The position numbers and the translations under genes were made by a program. Shown piece after piece: positions 36,401 through 48,323 of a stretch of 64,000 bases of DNA. Under the pieces are notes generated by a model. It was not told where the DNA came from. It searched no databases and saw only the letters and a program-made list of their open reading frames with translations. This stretch comes from Phoronis australis (lineage: Eukaryota > Animalia > Phoronida), in the NCBI GenBank assembly GCA_002633005.1, contig NMRA01000197.1, forward strand, positions 231,351-295,350. The letters run 5' to 3'. Position 1 is the first letter of the stretch. Each line of letters opens with the position of its first letter.

Positions 36401-39400
36401 TTAGGGCGATTACGGTACCTCGACTTGATCGGCATGAAACAACATTTTGTCACAATAAGAATTATAAGTACATGTAAGCAGAAAAGATAAAATAACTGGC
36501 ACAATTCTCCAATAAAAAGCAGGAAACCTCAAAGCACATTTGCAAAATTGAAAGTAACAGTCATTAATTAAAGAGGTGCACAGAAATGCACACAGTAACA
36601 AAAGAAAAGCCCACAACCAAACAAAAAGTGTGGTTAGAATACCACTCAGCTATCATCCCATCCTCAAGGCAGCTCCGGTATTCCAAAACTTGGCGAGTAT
36701 ACAACTGTCTACACCCGCGCTCATCGCAACAAATCCATGCATAATGCGGGTATGCTCAAGGAATCGCTGTATTGCGCAGAACAGTAAGTCGACGCATGTG
36801 AGTGACATCAACAAAACTGTCAGTGCTGTCCAGTTTGGCCGCTGCATTAACACACTTACTTCAGAGGATGAAAGGTATCTTCTCCTCTTTTCCTCCTCTG
36901 TCGACCACCCATGCCTCCAAAACCCCCACCCATGCGACCCCCAAAGATGCCACCAAACAGTCCGCCAAACAAGTCATCAGGAAATCCTGCAAAATAAATA
37001 CACACATTTAATTATAGAAGCCAAAAACTGAGATAGCACTCCAACCCAATCACATAATGCAGTTTTCAAAAAAAAAAAATGCTTCAAAGTTTTCTTATCC
37101 CACCGGCAAAACATCACAGCAAAAACATAAGTTGTAATCTTAGCTTTTTCTAAGAAATGCATTTAAATCATGCATAACTTTGGAATTCACACACACAGGA
37201 CGGTGTAAACTGTGAATATAGATCAAGGCCTGCCATGGGAAGTCAGAGAGCAGAAAACACAGGGGAGACCACTGATAATTACTGACATAGGATTCAACAA
37301 CAAGAAGTTACACCACTTCCAGAGTTCAAATTTGAGCGCAACCTTGCAATAACAACACAATTTTACTTAAACACGACCAGCGTTCACCCCCACAGTCCTC
37401 GGTGCACAGAACTGATTAAGATAATGCGATTTACTCCAGCTAGTAATTAGAAAGAAAAGATTTTGTTTCTGACTACCACATGTGCTCAACTATATGTCAT
37501 TGTTATACCAATATAATGGTCATAACTTGAAATTGCACATATCATTCTCTATTATTACTGATCCCTGTATTTTACTTGTCAAGGAATATAACACAAAATT
37601 GAGCTAGTTTGTCAGTTACCGTATTCGCCGTAATAACCGCCCAGGGCGCTTAGAAAAGTTCGGTTCAGGGGGGGCGCTTATTATAACCCAAGGCGGTTGA
37701 AACCCGGTCTCCAAAACGAGTGAAATCGGAAGCTAAGATTCATCAAATTTACGCTCTGTGACATATATGTAATCTATGAAAGACAATCAACAAAACTGTG
37801 GTGCATTGCTATCAAACTTTGCTGCTAAATTACGATCATTTTAGTACAGAAAATTGTGCTGAAATCCCAGGGCGAAAACTCGCCGACTGACTGCCTCAAA
37901 ATTGCCGTCTTCGATATGGCGACTTCAATGCTTGAATAAAAATGGTTTCGACTCGAGCAAATTACCTGAAATCCTCATTAAGTTTTATAAGTAGCGTCTA
38001 TAAGATTTTTTAAGTTCCCGTGGAGTTTGGATTAACCGCAGGTTTAAGTACAAATCTGTGCAACATCGTGCCATCTACATGTATAATCGGCAACACGGCG
38101 AGAAAAATGTCTGGACGAACACACAAGTTGTTGTCACGTGACGTTTGTTTTGAAGTTCGTCTGCGAGTAAGCAAGCGCGTGCGTGTCACCAGAGTTCATT
38201 TGCCAAAGCAGAGACCGTCTTTTGGCCAGAGCCACGCAATCTAACTAGGTAGATGTGTCTAAAGAAATTTGCACAAGCAGTAGGCCTAAACCAGAGCGTG
38301 TTTCATTCAGCACTTGCCAGTCACGTGCTAAAAACTTTCGACATTTGTCTCGGTAAGGCCCATATTAGTCGCCGTGTAGCTGGATGTGTACGTAACTATC
38401 TGACAGTTATTTTTCGGTGTAAGGGTGTGTAAGCATTCACTGTCAGTTGTCATTTTATTGGATATTCGGCTTGAAAACACCAATTATGGTTAATCAAACA
38501 ATCCATCTCAAAAATAATGCAAACATATGTTTTATAGTATTAGAAGTTGTCGGAAATTAGTGCCAATATTCATTTCTTATCGATGCTATGCTACCCGTTT
38601 CATGAATGGATAGTTCCCGACTAATGTCTTTGATGACAGGTTCATATATGTAGCGCGCGCTTCCTGGCCACGTGCGTTTAACACCGAGTTATTTTTATTC
38701 ATGAGACAGTCGATGTGTCTACTGAAAGGTCAGACCATAGTGGGACACGGTCGTCGCGAGAGCGTAGCAACGTTGTTGCGTTCTTTTTGAAGCGCTGCGT
38801 TACTTTGAAGTGTAAAGTCACGGCTAAAAACAAACGTAGCAGTGCCGCTGGTGGTCTAGAAGACCCGTGCAAAATTTTTTTGATAAATTGAAGATGTTAC
38901 TGTAGCCGAGTTTTAGGACTGTAGGTACGTCATTGTTCGCATGTACACGTTCATGGACTGGGCGCTTATTTCAGCAAAGTCTGAAAACGCGTGGGGGGCG
39001 CTTATAGGGGCATGGGCGGTTATTACGGCGAATACGGTAACTCGATTTTTTCAATCCCTGTATATTGAATCAGTAGACAGGACATTCAAGCATTACTTAC
39101 CACCACCACCAGCGCCATTGTTCAACCCATCTAAACCATACGAGTCATACATATCCCTCTTTTCTGGATTTGACAACACTTCATAAGCGAAAGTGATCTC
39201 TTTAAACTGGCAAAAGACAAACATGCGTATCATTACTAGGACTTGTTTATTAATCATAATAAATATATAGAAAAGGAAATTATTACGACTTACCAATGTG
39301 GTGCAGTGATGAACAAATACTGGTCACAATCAAGGAAAGACTGCTGATTATTTGCATCAAACATGAGCAACATGAACAGGTTATGGACTGCTCATTGACA

Positions 39401-39708
39401 AGGAATAAGTTTTGGTGGAAGAATTTTGACAAAATACAATCCCATTTTTTACCATACTGTGCCTTAAACAGTTAAAGAAGAGCCAACGTGCGCGGGCTAG
39501 CATGGCACTTTCTTAAACTTACGCAAAACTTCATGGACTATCACTAATACACTAAAAGAAGAGCTGACATAAGAATTTGACTGTATCAGCTAAGACAATT
39601 TTTTACAAATCTTAAGACTGTCTTATGCCTCAGGCAAATTACCTTCTCCTCAGACTCTGGATTCGTGTTCTTGTCAGGATGATGGGTCTTTGCTAACTTG
39701 TGATAGGC
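27261..39708 (-). CDS. DNAJA2: DnaJ homolog subfamily A member 2 (type I Hsp40), start exon not found. Exons 39708-39643, 39206-39101, 36986-36860, 33182-33102, 32400-32267, 31422-31280, 29561-29363, 28568-28441, 27449-27261
   Basis: J-domain HPDK, G/F-rich linker, four CxxCxG zinc motifs (CKKCNG, CHGCNG, CPICHG, CKECKG), C-terminal domain and CaaX box CAHQ* (as in vertebrate DNAJA2). All junctions are GT-AG and in phase. Confidence 0.94.
28441..28568 (-). CDS. DNAJA2: DNAJA2 exon (128 bp)
   Basis: [42 protein letters not shown]|gtatgt. Confidence 0.95.
28668..28890 (+). repeat. 37-bp tandem repeat, 6 copies
   Basis: TAATACACTGATATCAGCGTACYAGCTTGGCCTCTAT units. Confidence 0.95.
29363..29561 (-). 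CDS. DNAJA2: DNAJA2 exon (199 bp)
   Basis: ttgcag|[17 protein letters not shown]...[10 protein letters not shown]...GQVIEP|gtaggt. Confidence 0.95.
30172..30958 (-). mobile_element. HINE-like element, both ends intact; contains the N-gap 30580-30696
   Basis: On the - strand: 5' TTTTTATGCGCTCAC...(CCGT)n; 3' GTGAGCGCAT (exact inverse of the 5' subTIR) + hairpin + CTCTTGTT; near-identical to the 18360 copy. Confidence 0.82.
31280..31422 (-). CDS. DNAJA2: DNAJA2 exon (143 bp)
   Basis: [47 protein letters not shown]|gtgagt. Confidence 0.95.
32267..32400 (-). CDS. DNAJA2: DNAJA2 exon (134 bp)
   Basis: [44 protein letters not shown]|gtgagt. Confidence 0.95.
33102..33182 (-). CDS. DNAJA2: DNAJA2 exon (81 bp)
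   Basis: [27 protein letters not shown]|gtatgt. Confidence 0.95.
33294..36415. mobile_element. Tc1/mariner-superfamily (Tc2/pogo-like, CCGTA termini) non-autonomous element with TA TSD, carrying a nested insertion
   Basis: TA|CTGTATTCGCCCTAATAAG ... CTTATTAGGGCGATTACGG|TA; aligns with the 37619 and 59119 copies. Confidence 0.82.
34271..35835. mobile_element. CAGGGCTTGGAAT-TIR non-autonomous DNA transposon, 6-bp TSD ATATAA, nested
   Basis: ATATAA|CAGGGCTTGGAAT ... ATTCCAAGCCTTG|ATATAA; absent from the sister host copy at 37619. Confidence 0.85.
36860..36986 (-). CDS. DNAJA2: DNAJA2 exon (127 bp, G/F-rich region)
   Basis: ttgcag|[43 protein letters not shown]|gtaagt. Confidence 0.93.
37619..39037. 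mobile_element. Tc2/pogo-like non-autonomous element with TA TSD, 1.42 kb
   Basis: TA|CCGTATTCGCCGTAATAACCGCCCA ... TGGGCGGTTATTACGGCGAATACGG|TA (perfect 25-bp TIR). Confidence 0.9.
39101..39206 (-). CDS. DNAJA2: DNAJA2 exon (106 bp, J-domain C-terminal half)
   Basis: [35 protein letters not shown]|gtaagt. Confidence 0.95.
39643..39708 (-). CDS. DNAJA2: DNAJA2 exon (66 bp, HPD motif)
   Basis: ttgcag|[22 protein letters not shown]|gtaatt. Confidence 0.94.
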
Positions 39709-40418
39709 CTGCAACGACCAAACCAGAGTGTATGATAAATCCAACATCATCAACAACCAAAGATAGATACTGATGACATCACATCCCCAACAACCAGTAC
39801 TCAATACATAGAGACAATACACAATGTGGTGTCTAACACATTCACAACAGCATGTTTCTTCAAATCAGTAAATTTCATTGAAAATTGACTTTTTAACTCT
39901 CAAACTTATGCCCCAGCATCTGTGAACAATGCAGAGTAAATGAACCATGTGTGTTCTATATGCTTGATATGGAAGGAATGAAAGACATCGACAGCATCCT
40001 AAGGTGTCCCTATATACACCATAAGTCTTTATAACAACGTGACTTAGACGTTTCAATCAGTGTGAGGCAACATCTGCAGAAAAGGTTCCGGCGTATGAAG
40101 TTCCTCCAGGAGCTCCTGTAGGAGCATCACCACCTCTACAACCAGTCAAGTTTACCAAAATGTACGTAAGACTCAGGTTTTGACATTTTACACAAAATCA
40201 TAGCCTAGTTCTCAAAATTTGAGATCCGATCACTAGACCAGATATGTTGGTAATAGTTACATGTAGCAGTACTGGATTATGAGAAATGTTGAATCATTGA
40301 CTTCCAGCTGAAGTTCCCCGATTCTTCAACTCAACTGTTCTTCTTCCACGAAGTTGCGTACATGTCACGACAAATTATCAGAACTGGTTTCATTTCGTTA
40401 CAAGTTTTTAGTATTTTA

Positions 40419-40918
40419 CAGGGCTTGGAATGGCCAATGACAAAAAACGCGGAAACTTTGAAACTTTTACGGCCCAAATCATGACCGATAACCAGCCTTG
40501 AAATGTGAACCTTTCCCCGACAAAAATCGGGACTAAAAAAAAAAAAAACGTTACCACCATCAGTAGCATGCATCTGCGCCCTTTCAGCGCAACGTCCACT
40601 CCCAACCCACACATTTTTGGCTGCAGAGCGGCAATATTTGTCGCCGCGCTTAACAATAACACGAGACGCCATTGAAAATCTCCCACCACGCTGTCCCAGA
40701 TGCCCCGGCAATGTTGACAATTTACGTTCCTCCGAAACATAAAGAGCAACTTCCGCTTTTCGAGGTGAACGTCGTCTGCAACGCCGCGGTAAGAAAGGAA
40801 TTTGCCGCGGAAATTTTATATCAAATCCGATTTTTTACGCGGAAATATTATAAAAAAAGCGGAAAGCACATTTGAAAAAAGCGGAAATCCGCGTTTCCGC
40901 GGAAAATTCCAAGCCCTG
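40419..40918. mobile_element. CAGGGCTTGGAAT-TIR MITE, 6-bp TSD ATTTTA
   Basis: ATTTTA|CAGGGCTTGGAAT ... ATTCCAAGCCCTG|ATTTTA; the empty site is visible in the local duplicate at about 41018-41030. Confidence 0.9.
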
Positions 40919-41613
40919 ATTTTAGGACCAGCAAACCAAATTTCAGAACAGATTTTGCTACTGCGAAACTGTCACGACAAATTACCGGAACTGGTTTCAT
41001 TTCGTTACAAGTTTTGAGTATTTTAGTACCAGCAAACCAAATTTCAGAACAGATTTTGCTACTGCGAAACTGTCATCATCTCCCAAGAGATGTCGCAAAA
41101 TTTTAGGAAATGGTGCGTGCGCATGTCACATGCGTATTGTTTTCAAAACGATGACAGCCTTTTCTTTTTTAGTTGTTACAAAAGGTGAATTATGCATGAA
41201 AATAACATTCATTAGATTCTTTTACACTTAAATGGCTGCAACGGACAAAGTTGACTCCCAAATTTCTGCATGCATCCTCGCCGGTCATTAGCTCTACATG
41301 TAGCCAGCCAGCTAGCTGTATGAACACTATCACCAACATACAACTAGGTACCACTGTGTGTTGAGCTCCGACAAACCTCAACATTGCACAGCCAAGATAG
41401 TTGTGCTCGTCATCTTGCCATGAAACTTGAATAGACATGTGGAACTAAAGAGCGGCAGTGGTGCATGCAAAAAATCTGGGAGTCAACTCACACTCTCCTT
41501 GCCCGTTAGTCGTTTAAGTGAAAAACAATCTAATAAACGTCATTTTATTGTGTAATTCTCCACCTTTTGTAACAAAGAAAAGTATGTAGTCGTTTTGAAA
41601 ATGGTACACTCAT

Positions 41614-42846
41614 CAGTGTTTCCCCTGGGTTTTGAAAGGAGCGTGTTGGTAAATGGCCAAAACGGGGTGCAAAGCCCGTTGCCGCACGGGAATATGCGAA
41701 GTGGGATCCCTCTATTGTCTGGGTCTCGAAAGGAGCGTGGTAGTGAATGCTCGACACAGATGTGGAACCCGGTGGGGGGGAGAGGGGGGGACCTTCCCCA
41801 AGCAAAATTTGAAAATTAGATGTAATTGGTTGCAAGTTTTGCTCTGCTCATTATAGACAAGACCTTAACCCGAGCGTAGTGGAAGTATCTGGGTAAAGGA
41901 CATTTCACAAATTGGCAATGAAGTGTCCGGCATAGTGTGATCTCTATTGCACTTGACTTGAGTACAAGAAAAACAGTGTTAAAGTTATCCACGAAGATAC
42001 AACCATAGAACAAAAAATATGTGAATTTTGTAGACGTAATAATCTAAATCGTGTAATGAAACTTCCGTTGATATCGTCTAGTTAAACATAAATCAGTGAT
42101 AGTGGATTGGCGTTGGCCGGCGAAGCAGACGATGTAATAATCCAGTCCATGCAGATGAATCTGAGACTGGTTAACATTCAATATCGTCTTTTTGGCATTG
42201 GGCTATGGTTGATTAAACAGTTGGATGTCACGCCCTGCAGTATAATTCACAATGTCTTTTGTAAACTCGGACACGATAAAATGAATGAAGCAGAAATCGT
42301 ACTGTTTCTTACTTCATTAGCAAGCTCTGGCACATTCCCATTTTAGAAAATTTGTATCGAGGTCGTTGCCTGGTCCCCGGCAGTATTAAGTTTATATGCA
42401 TTGTTGGAGAAGCAGGCAGAAACGAAGTACAAAAGGGAATTGGGGATTGAATGACTGTATTTAACGGGGGCACAATTCAAGATCCCAATGTAAAATTATT
42501 ATTTTCCCCTTTCGATCCACAAACGGCGAAAGGTGCCGTGTGACTTGTACTTATTCATTATTACTAGCGACCATTTTTACTAGTGATTCATTTTACTAGC
42601 GATCATTTTTACTAGTGATCATTTTTACTAGCCATCATTTTTACTGGCGATCATTTTTACTAGCGATCATTTTTACTAGCGATCATTTTTACTAGCGATC
42701 ATTTTTAGTAGCGATTTTTGTGTGGCGGTGAAGTTTCCCCGTCATGATTAGGTGTGTGGCGGTCAATTTGAGTATGATTTACGAGTGGCGGGGCCAAAAA
42801 GGAGCGTGGCGGGCCGCCCAGAAGTTTACATGCAGGAGAAACCCTG
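41614..42846. mobile_element. hAT-like non-autonomous element, 5-bp TSD CTCAT, with an internal repeat array (about 15-16-bp units) at about 42562-42715
   Basis: CTCAT|CAGTGTTTCCCCTG ... CAGGAGAAACCCTG|CTCAT. Confidence 0.78.
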
Positions 42847-43592
42847 CTCATGATACATGCATGTGCCATTTCCTAAATTTTTGTGACATCTGCAGCAAAA
42901 GTTGTTCTGAAATTTAGTTTGCTGGTATCAAAATTCTAAAAACTTATAATGAAGAGTTCACCAATTCCGATAATTTGTCACGTGTACGCAAACTCATGAA
43001 AGAACAAGAGTTGATAGAAAAATCAGCGAAAACAAGAGACTAGCCAATAGATGATGAAACATTTCAAGGCACCGAAGGCTGACACAAAATATCGGACCAT
43101 AATTCTAGCAGCAGAATAACTTTAGAACACCAAATTTCAAGACCGGTAAATAATTTAGTTTACTCAAGGAAGAGTGTAGTTTTTAATAACACTAATTTTG
43201 TGGCGGATTTTATCTGGTCAGTATTTTACCCACATCGGCGCAAAGGCTACTGTACGTGTTAAGTTTCACAACTTGGTGACGAGCAGAACTACCTGGGCTG
43301 TGTTAAATTTCGGGGTATAACGGAGCTCAACAGACAACACACAGTGTCACCTAGCTGTATTTTGATGATAGTTTTCATACAGCTAACTGGCTGGCTATAG
43401 TTTTCCACGTGCTGTTACTGTTCCTAGTCAGAAAATGAACTTCAAGAGCGGTGTTTTGAATTTGATGTCTGGTTGGCGCACTGACTAATCAATGCCAAAG
43501 GTATGTCAAAGCAACGGCAACGCTAGGCAATGACCATCGCCTCTGTTGGCCCGAAGCAGAGGCGATGTAGAGGCTATAGGCGCTCTGTACGC

Positions 43593-43730
43593 CGGAAGCT
43601 TTTCGGCGAATTATGCCTCGCACCGACTAAACCATCAAAGTCACGTTGTTATAAATACCTTTTGCGCATAGAGGAACACCTTAGGAGGTTGTCGATGTGT
43701 TTAATTCCTTCCAACTCGAACAAATACTCC
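43593..43730 (+). repeat. Dispersed repeat; second copy at about 62234-62378
   Basis: CGGAAGCTTTTC..CGAATTATGCCTC...AGAGGAACACCTTAGGAGG...TTTAATTCCTTCCAACTCGAA is shared by both copies. Confidence 0.85.
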
Positions 43731-43840
43731 CGTTATGAAACTTTTTCTTCGAGCAGTCCCTATTTCAGTTNCCCGATAGGCCACCATGATTTGTAGGGGC
43801 CGAATCCGGCTCTCACTACTAGCTGTGACGTGGGGAGGCA

Positions 43841-44012
43841 CAGTGGCGGATTTAGGGGGCCAAGAGGCCATGACCCCCCTAAAATTCTATCAGATTCCAG
43901 TTGGCAGTTCGGAGGTGCCAATTTCTGACTGGTAAAACCCTGGCTAATACTCTGCCCTCCCGACCCCCTCCCCAACTGACTCCCAAAATCATCACTGTGA
44001 TGGATCCGCCCG
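43841..44012. mobile_element. Short CAGTGGCGGAT-type MITE
   Basis: CAGTGGCGGATTTAGGGGG ... GGATCCGCC; related ends at 45581, 47606 and 48461. Confidence 0.55.
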
Positions 44013-45580
44013 CTCTCGAACAATCCCGGGAAACCAGCCATTAAGAGCTGAGTAACCGTGAACCAACATGGAGAGTAAGAATGGGCCTAGGACAAGTACA
44101 CTGACCTGAAGCGAGTAGCTCTCACTGAAATAGCTTTTGTTGAGATCTACTACATACTATATACAGTGTGAAAATACGAAATTCCCGATGAACTAAAGCT
44201 AGTTGCTGGTCAGCTCAACTTGAGACAAGCAGCTCGTACCGGCCGTCTGCGCTCGTAAGGTCAAGATTCGTTTTGTTGTGATCCAGTTTCGGGAAAAATG
44301 ATTTTATGGTCATTCTTTGAAAGATTTTTTTGTTGAAAAGATGACTCGGGCCCCGAAGTCCCTGGTATAGTGCCTTTGAGGCTGTTTCAATGCCTCGTTG
44401 AAACACGACGGGTAGTTCAGTTTCTGGTGGCTGGGGAAAAGGATAGAGTGTCCCAAAAATGTACACACTTCCTGAACGCTTGCAGTCCAAATTCAGTCCT
44501 TGTGGTTATCACTGAGAGTCTGCGCGGCCTACTGCATGGTTAAATCTTATTTTTAACGTGGATACGTCAGTCAGGAAAAGCAATCAATTCAGTCTTGAAG
44601 AAAAAAAATCATTGCTCAATACTACTGGAAACAAAAAAAAACAAGGAACTGTGAAGACAACTTTTCCAAGAAATGAGTTTAACTTTATTTGTTTATGGAT
44701 TTTTAAAAGTTTTTTCTATCTACGGTTTCTGTGTGCGAATTTCATCAATGTCTTTGAGTAGATATGCAAAAATCGTTTAAGTGTACTTTACTATTTGGGG
44801 ATTACAGAGTTTTTCCAACTTCAGGCAGCAATTAAATTCATTAAATTATCACCAATTCTTACAAGATTAGCTTCTAATTGTCGAAAATCATCTATGAATC
44901 TATCGATATTCGTAGATACATAAACAAGTAAATCAGAAACCAACGAATTTGTTTATCAAACAGGAATGTTATAGGCAATCTCCGCATGCATGCTCGCAGA
45001 CTTTTGACGGGTAACCGGGGAATATAGGAGATGGGGTATTCGTATTAAGGTGTGTTTTTAGAGGTACCTATAACGGTTCACGATATAAACTTGAACTCCA
45101 CTGACAAAAAAACGTTGAAATCTTTGTTTATGATTGCGAGAGTTCTTTGAGTACCCCTTTCGACATGAACACGATCATTACAAATAGTAGCCTAGACAGC
45201 ACTGTTTTCCACAAGTGGGAATTCCTTACAAACAACTCATAGTAACCATCGTCAAAAGAGTAACTATTCTTGTGATACTAACGGAAACAGTAACATTATT
45301 TTACAACTAACCATCGGAAATAGTCCTTTTGTGTAATTCACAAGTAGTGGTCTTCACGTTCTTCAAAATTCCACCCTTTCGATGGCTCGATGGCGGCAAT
45401 CCTATTGTATTTTTTCAAATTTTTGGTTGTTTGGGTCGAATGGCTGTGCTGTGCAAGAATGTTTTGTGTGTTTTTATTTTGATAAATTCGGAATCTCAGC
45501 TTCCCTCGTGAATACTTGGCAGTGTCGGGATTTACATACAGGGGTTAGTGCGCTATTCCATATTATGGTTATGGCCATGG

Positions 45581-46302
45581 CAGGGGCGGATCTAGGATAT
45601 CACAAGGGGGGGGCGCCCAACATTTGTCCGGCTGTGAGCATTTGCGCAAACTGAACCACGATTGTAGATGCGCATAGCACCGAATGGGGGGAGGTCAGAA
45701 AATTTTTCTGTTTTTACCTCTAAAAATCAAGCATTTTCCTTGATTCCTGAAGTATTATTCAAGAAAAAAGGCACAAAAAACAGAGAACGTGTCAATCAGG
45801 AAAAAAAATGCAAGTATCAAAGACTCGATCTCACGACCTGGCAAGTAGTGCGCGCGAGCGTTACCACTACACCACCACGGTTTAACTATTAGCCTCATAC
45901 TAAGAGACCTACTTGTTTATGGTCCACAGCGTTTGCGCGCGAAACCTACTTCCTTTCGTAATGCTTATTTCACGTTTTATATTTTGTGCCATCGATTCTT
46001 AACAAATGAAGTAAATTTTCTTCATTGCACAGTGGAACAGACGACGGAAACGGAGTGGTAGGGCGCAGCGCAACTGCCGGTCGCCTGGGATATCGCGGGA
46101 GAGCCTATACTTAGCCATAGTTCCGTTACGAATGCGCCGTGTTCCGAATTTGACACTTGAAATTGGATTTGAGCCCCCCCCCAAAACTAAAACTGCTAAA
46201 ACTGTACACATTTAAATCTTTTTTCATCCGTATAATTTTAATTACCGGGGTTAATTAATAAACTCAACATTTCCCTACTCTCTNCCCCTAAATCCGCCTA
46301 TG
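45581..46302. mobile_element. CAGGGGCGGAT-type non-autonomous DNA transposon, 5-bp TSD CATGG
   Basis: CATGG|CAGGGGCGGATCTAGG ... CCTAAATCCGCCTATG|CATGG. Confidence 0.75.
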
Positions 46303-47625
46303 CATGGATTTAGAGTGTCTGTATATGTAGCACGCTATTCTATATTTATAGTCATGACCACGGATTTAGATTGTCTATATTTATGTAGCGAGCTACGACA
46401 ATTAGTATAACCAAAAATAAGAACTAGAGCCTGTACTTCGTGGTCAGACGAACTCTTTATAGAATATTTTTTCTATTTGGATTTGATGTGTCTTACACCT
46501 TGAAGCTTGTAATGCACCAAGGCCAGTCAATGAATGTATATTGTGTTTATTGAAATACCTTTAGGCAATTATTAGTTTTAGCAGAATTATTAAAGTTTGG
46601 CTTGTGGCAATATTGCGTAGCGTTTTAGACACATGTTCATATTGACGTCATTTAGCATTTAATTCCAAAATTCAATGCGCCAACGCCAACGGATATTCGT
46701 CAAGTTTGATGTATGTAAACCCCTCTTGTTGCAACAACTTGTCTAGAACGTTCTAATGTTTCAATTTACGTTTAGCAACTATAAGAGACGAAACGTGAAG
46801 TAATTACAGAAATTCATCAACTTCAGTAATAGAATGGCTGCAGGACGGGATTGACCTGGAACCCCGGCTGGTACAACACATCGGGACGGCAGGTGGCACC
46901 AGTGGATTATTAATTAAAATGCGTTTGCCCGACTTACTTGAATGAATCTATATAATATTTCTGATGCTAAAATGTTTAGTGCCGATGATCACAAATAGTT
47001 GTGTCGCCTCTCCCTCCCACAAGTCCGTACCCTGACTGTTGCATACTTCTGTATGCATTATACATTGCTCCTTGCTAGTTCAAAGGCTTAATTTTCCCCT
47101 TATATTTGCCGTCAGTCTTAATGAAGTTGTACGTCACAAAATAGACATTGTGTACTGTTCGTCTTCTTCAATGTCTTAATCAAATTTTCTAAACTTAGAA
47201 TAAGTAATGCATGTGTAAAAATCTTGTACCTCCATTTTGGTTGATATGAATTCTGATGAGACTGATCATCGTTCACATACGTCAGTCTGATCATCGTTTA
47301 CAGCATTATTCTTAGGATCGTTTGTGGTCAGTGACAAGAATTCGTATAAATTACCAGGGCTGATGAAAAAACTTACGTCTTATATTACACACACCATTCG
47401 TTAATATTAATTATTATCAACATCTTATAACATGTCATACCATTCTTAGAAATAGTCGAAATAAATCTAATTAAAAGAATCATTTGTAATAAATTTTATC
47501 AACCATAATTGATTGTGTTTAGCTGGAGACGTTTTTTTTTATTTTTGGGTCCTGGCCCAAGGGGGGAGGTTAAACCCCTTCAATCCCCCCCGTGGATCCG
47601 CCACTGTGTGCTGTAAAAGCGAAGA

Positions 47626-48323
47626 ATATAGTCTGACAGTATTTTTAGTTATATTGTTTTGTTTTGTTATTCTGTTTGATTGGCATGACCCCTGAGTTTA
47701 GTACAGTGATGATGTAATTTGTTTACTTCAAAATAGTGTGGATCTCTTTCTAGAAGACTCTAGCATGACAGTAAATGCAGTCTGGAATATTCTAGAGACT
47801 AGTACATGTTTGTAGAATGGTTGGGTAGATTCAGGAAAGTTCTAGAACGTGCTTGAATTGATGTAAAGTTCCAGAACAATGCATTAGGCTGGCATACACA
47901 CGGGTTTGTGTTAGGCAGATCAAGTCAGTTCAAGAGAAGATCAAGTCGGGAGATCAAGTCAGATAATCAGCAGTTCAAGAAAGTTAATCAGGAGAACTAC
48001 AGTTGAGTTGCAGTGAAGAGAACCAGCAGTTACGGCGATAGTCAATAGAGAGCCAGCTATAGAGACAGCAGGTTATTGAATCGACGAGTGTAACAGTTGC
48101 TGAACGTGTCTCAGAAGTTCACCACAAGTCAAGGCTTCGCAGCATTGGTTTGAGCATAAACAGACATTACGTCGGACGTTTTGTTTGAGTAGGCTTGCGA
48201 ACGTACGCTCGGGATTAATAAAGGATTAACTCGAACCAGTCTTCAGTCTATCGTCGCACCGAAAGCTAATAGCACCGGTCTGTAACAACCTGCGCCCACC
48301 CACACACGGGGAAAAACGTGACA
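47626..48323 (+). mobile_element. Probable 5'-truncated solo LTR between direct duplicates of about 150 bp (47476-47625 and 48324-48480)
   Basis: Ends in ...CGTGACA, has AATAAA at 48217 and a TTCTAGAA-rich U3-like region; no clear 5' TG terminus. Confidence 0.5.
47748..47876. promoter_or_regulatory. Cluster of heat-shock-element (nGAAn) arrays
   Basis: Perfect 4-unit TTCagGAAagTTCtaGAA at 47830-47847; also TTCtaGAA at 47748, GAAtaTTCtaGA at 47785 and TTCcaGAA at 47869. Confidence 0.55.

Larger units (their letters stand above)
40317..43030. mobile_element. Old foldback element with inverted arms of roughly 350-400 bp, each interrupted by a younger transposon; limits approximate
   Basis: The left arm (40320-41275, minus insert and an internal duplication) is the reverse complement of the right arm (41462-41613 plus 42852-43025). 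Confidence 0.7.

Noticed and set aside
44215-44490. ORF ending SADGRYELLVSS as a possible DNAJA2 first exon
   Set aside because: Only superficial resemblance to ADTKLYDILGV; it ends in a stop with no phase-0 donor.
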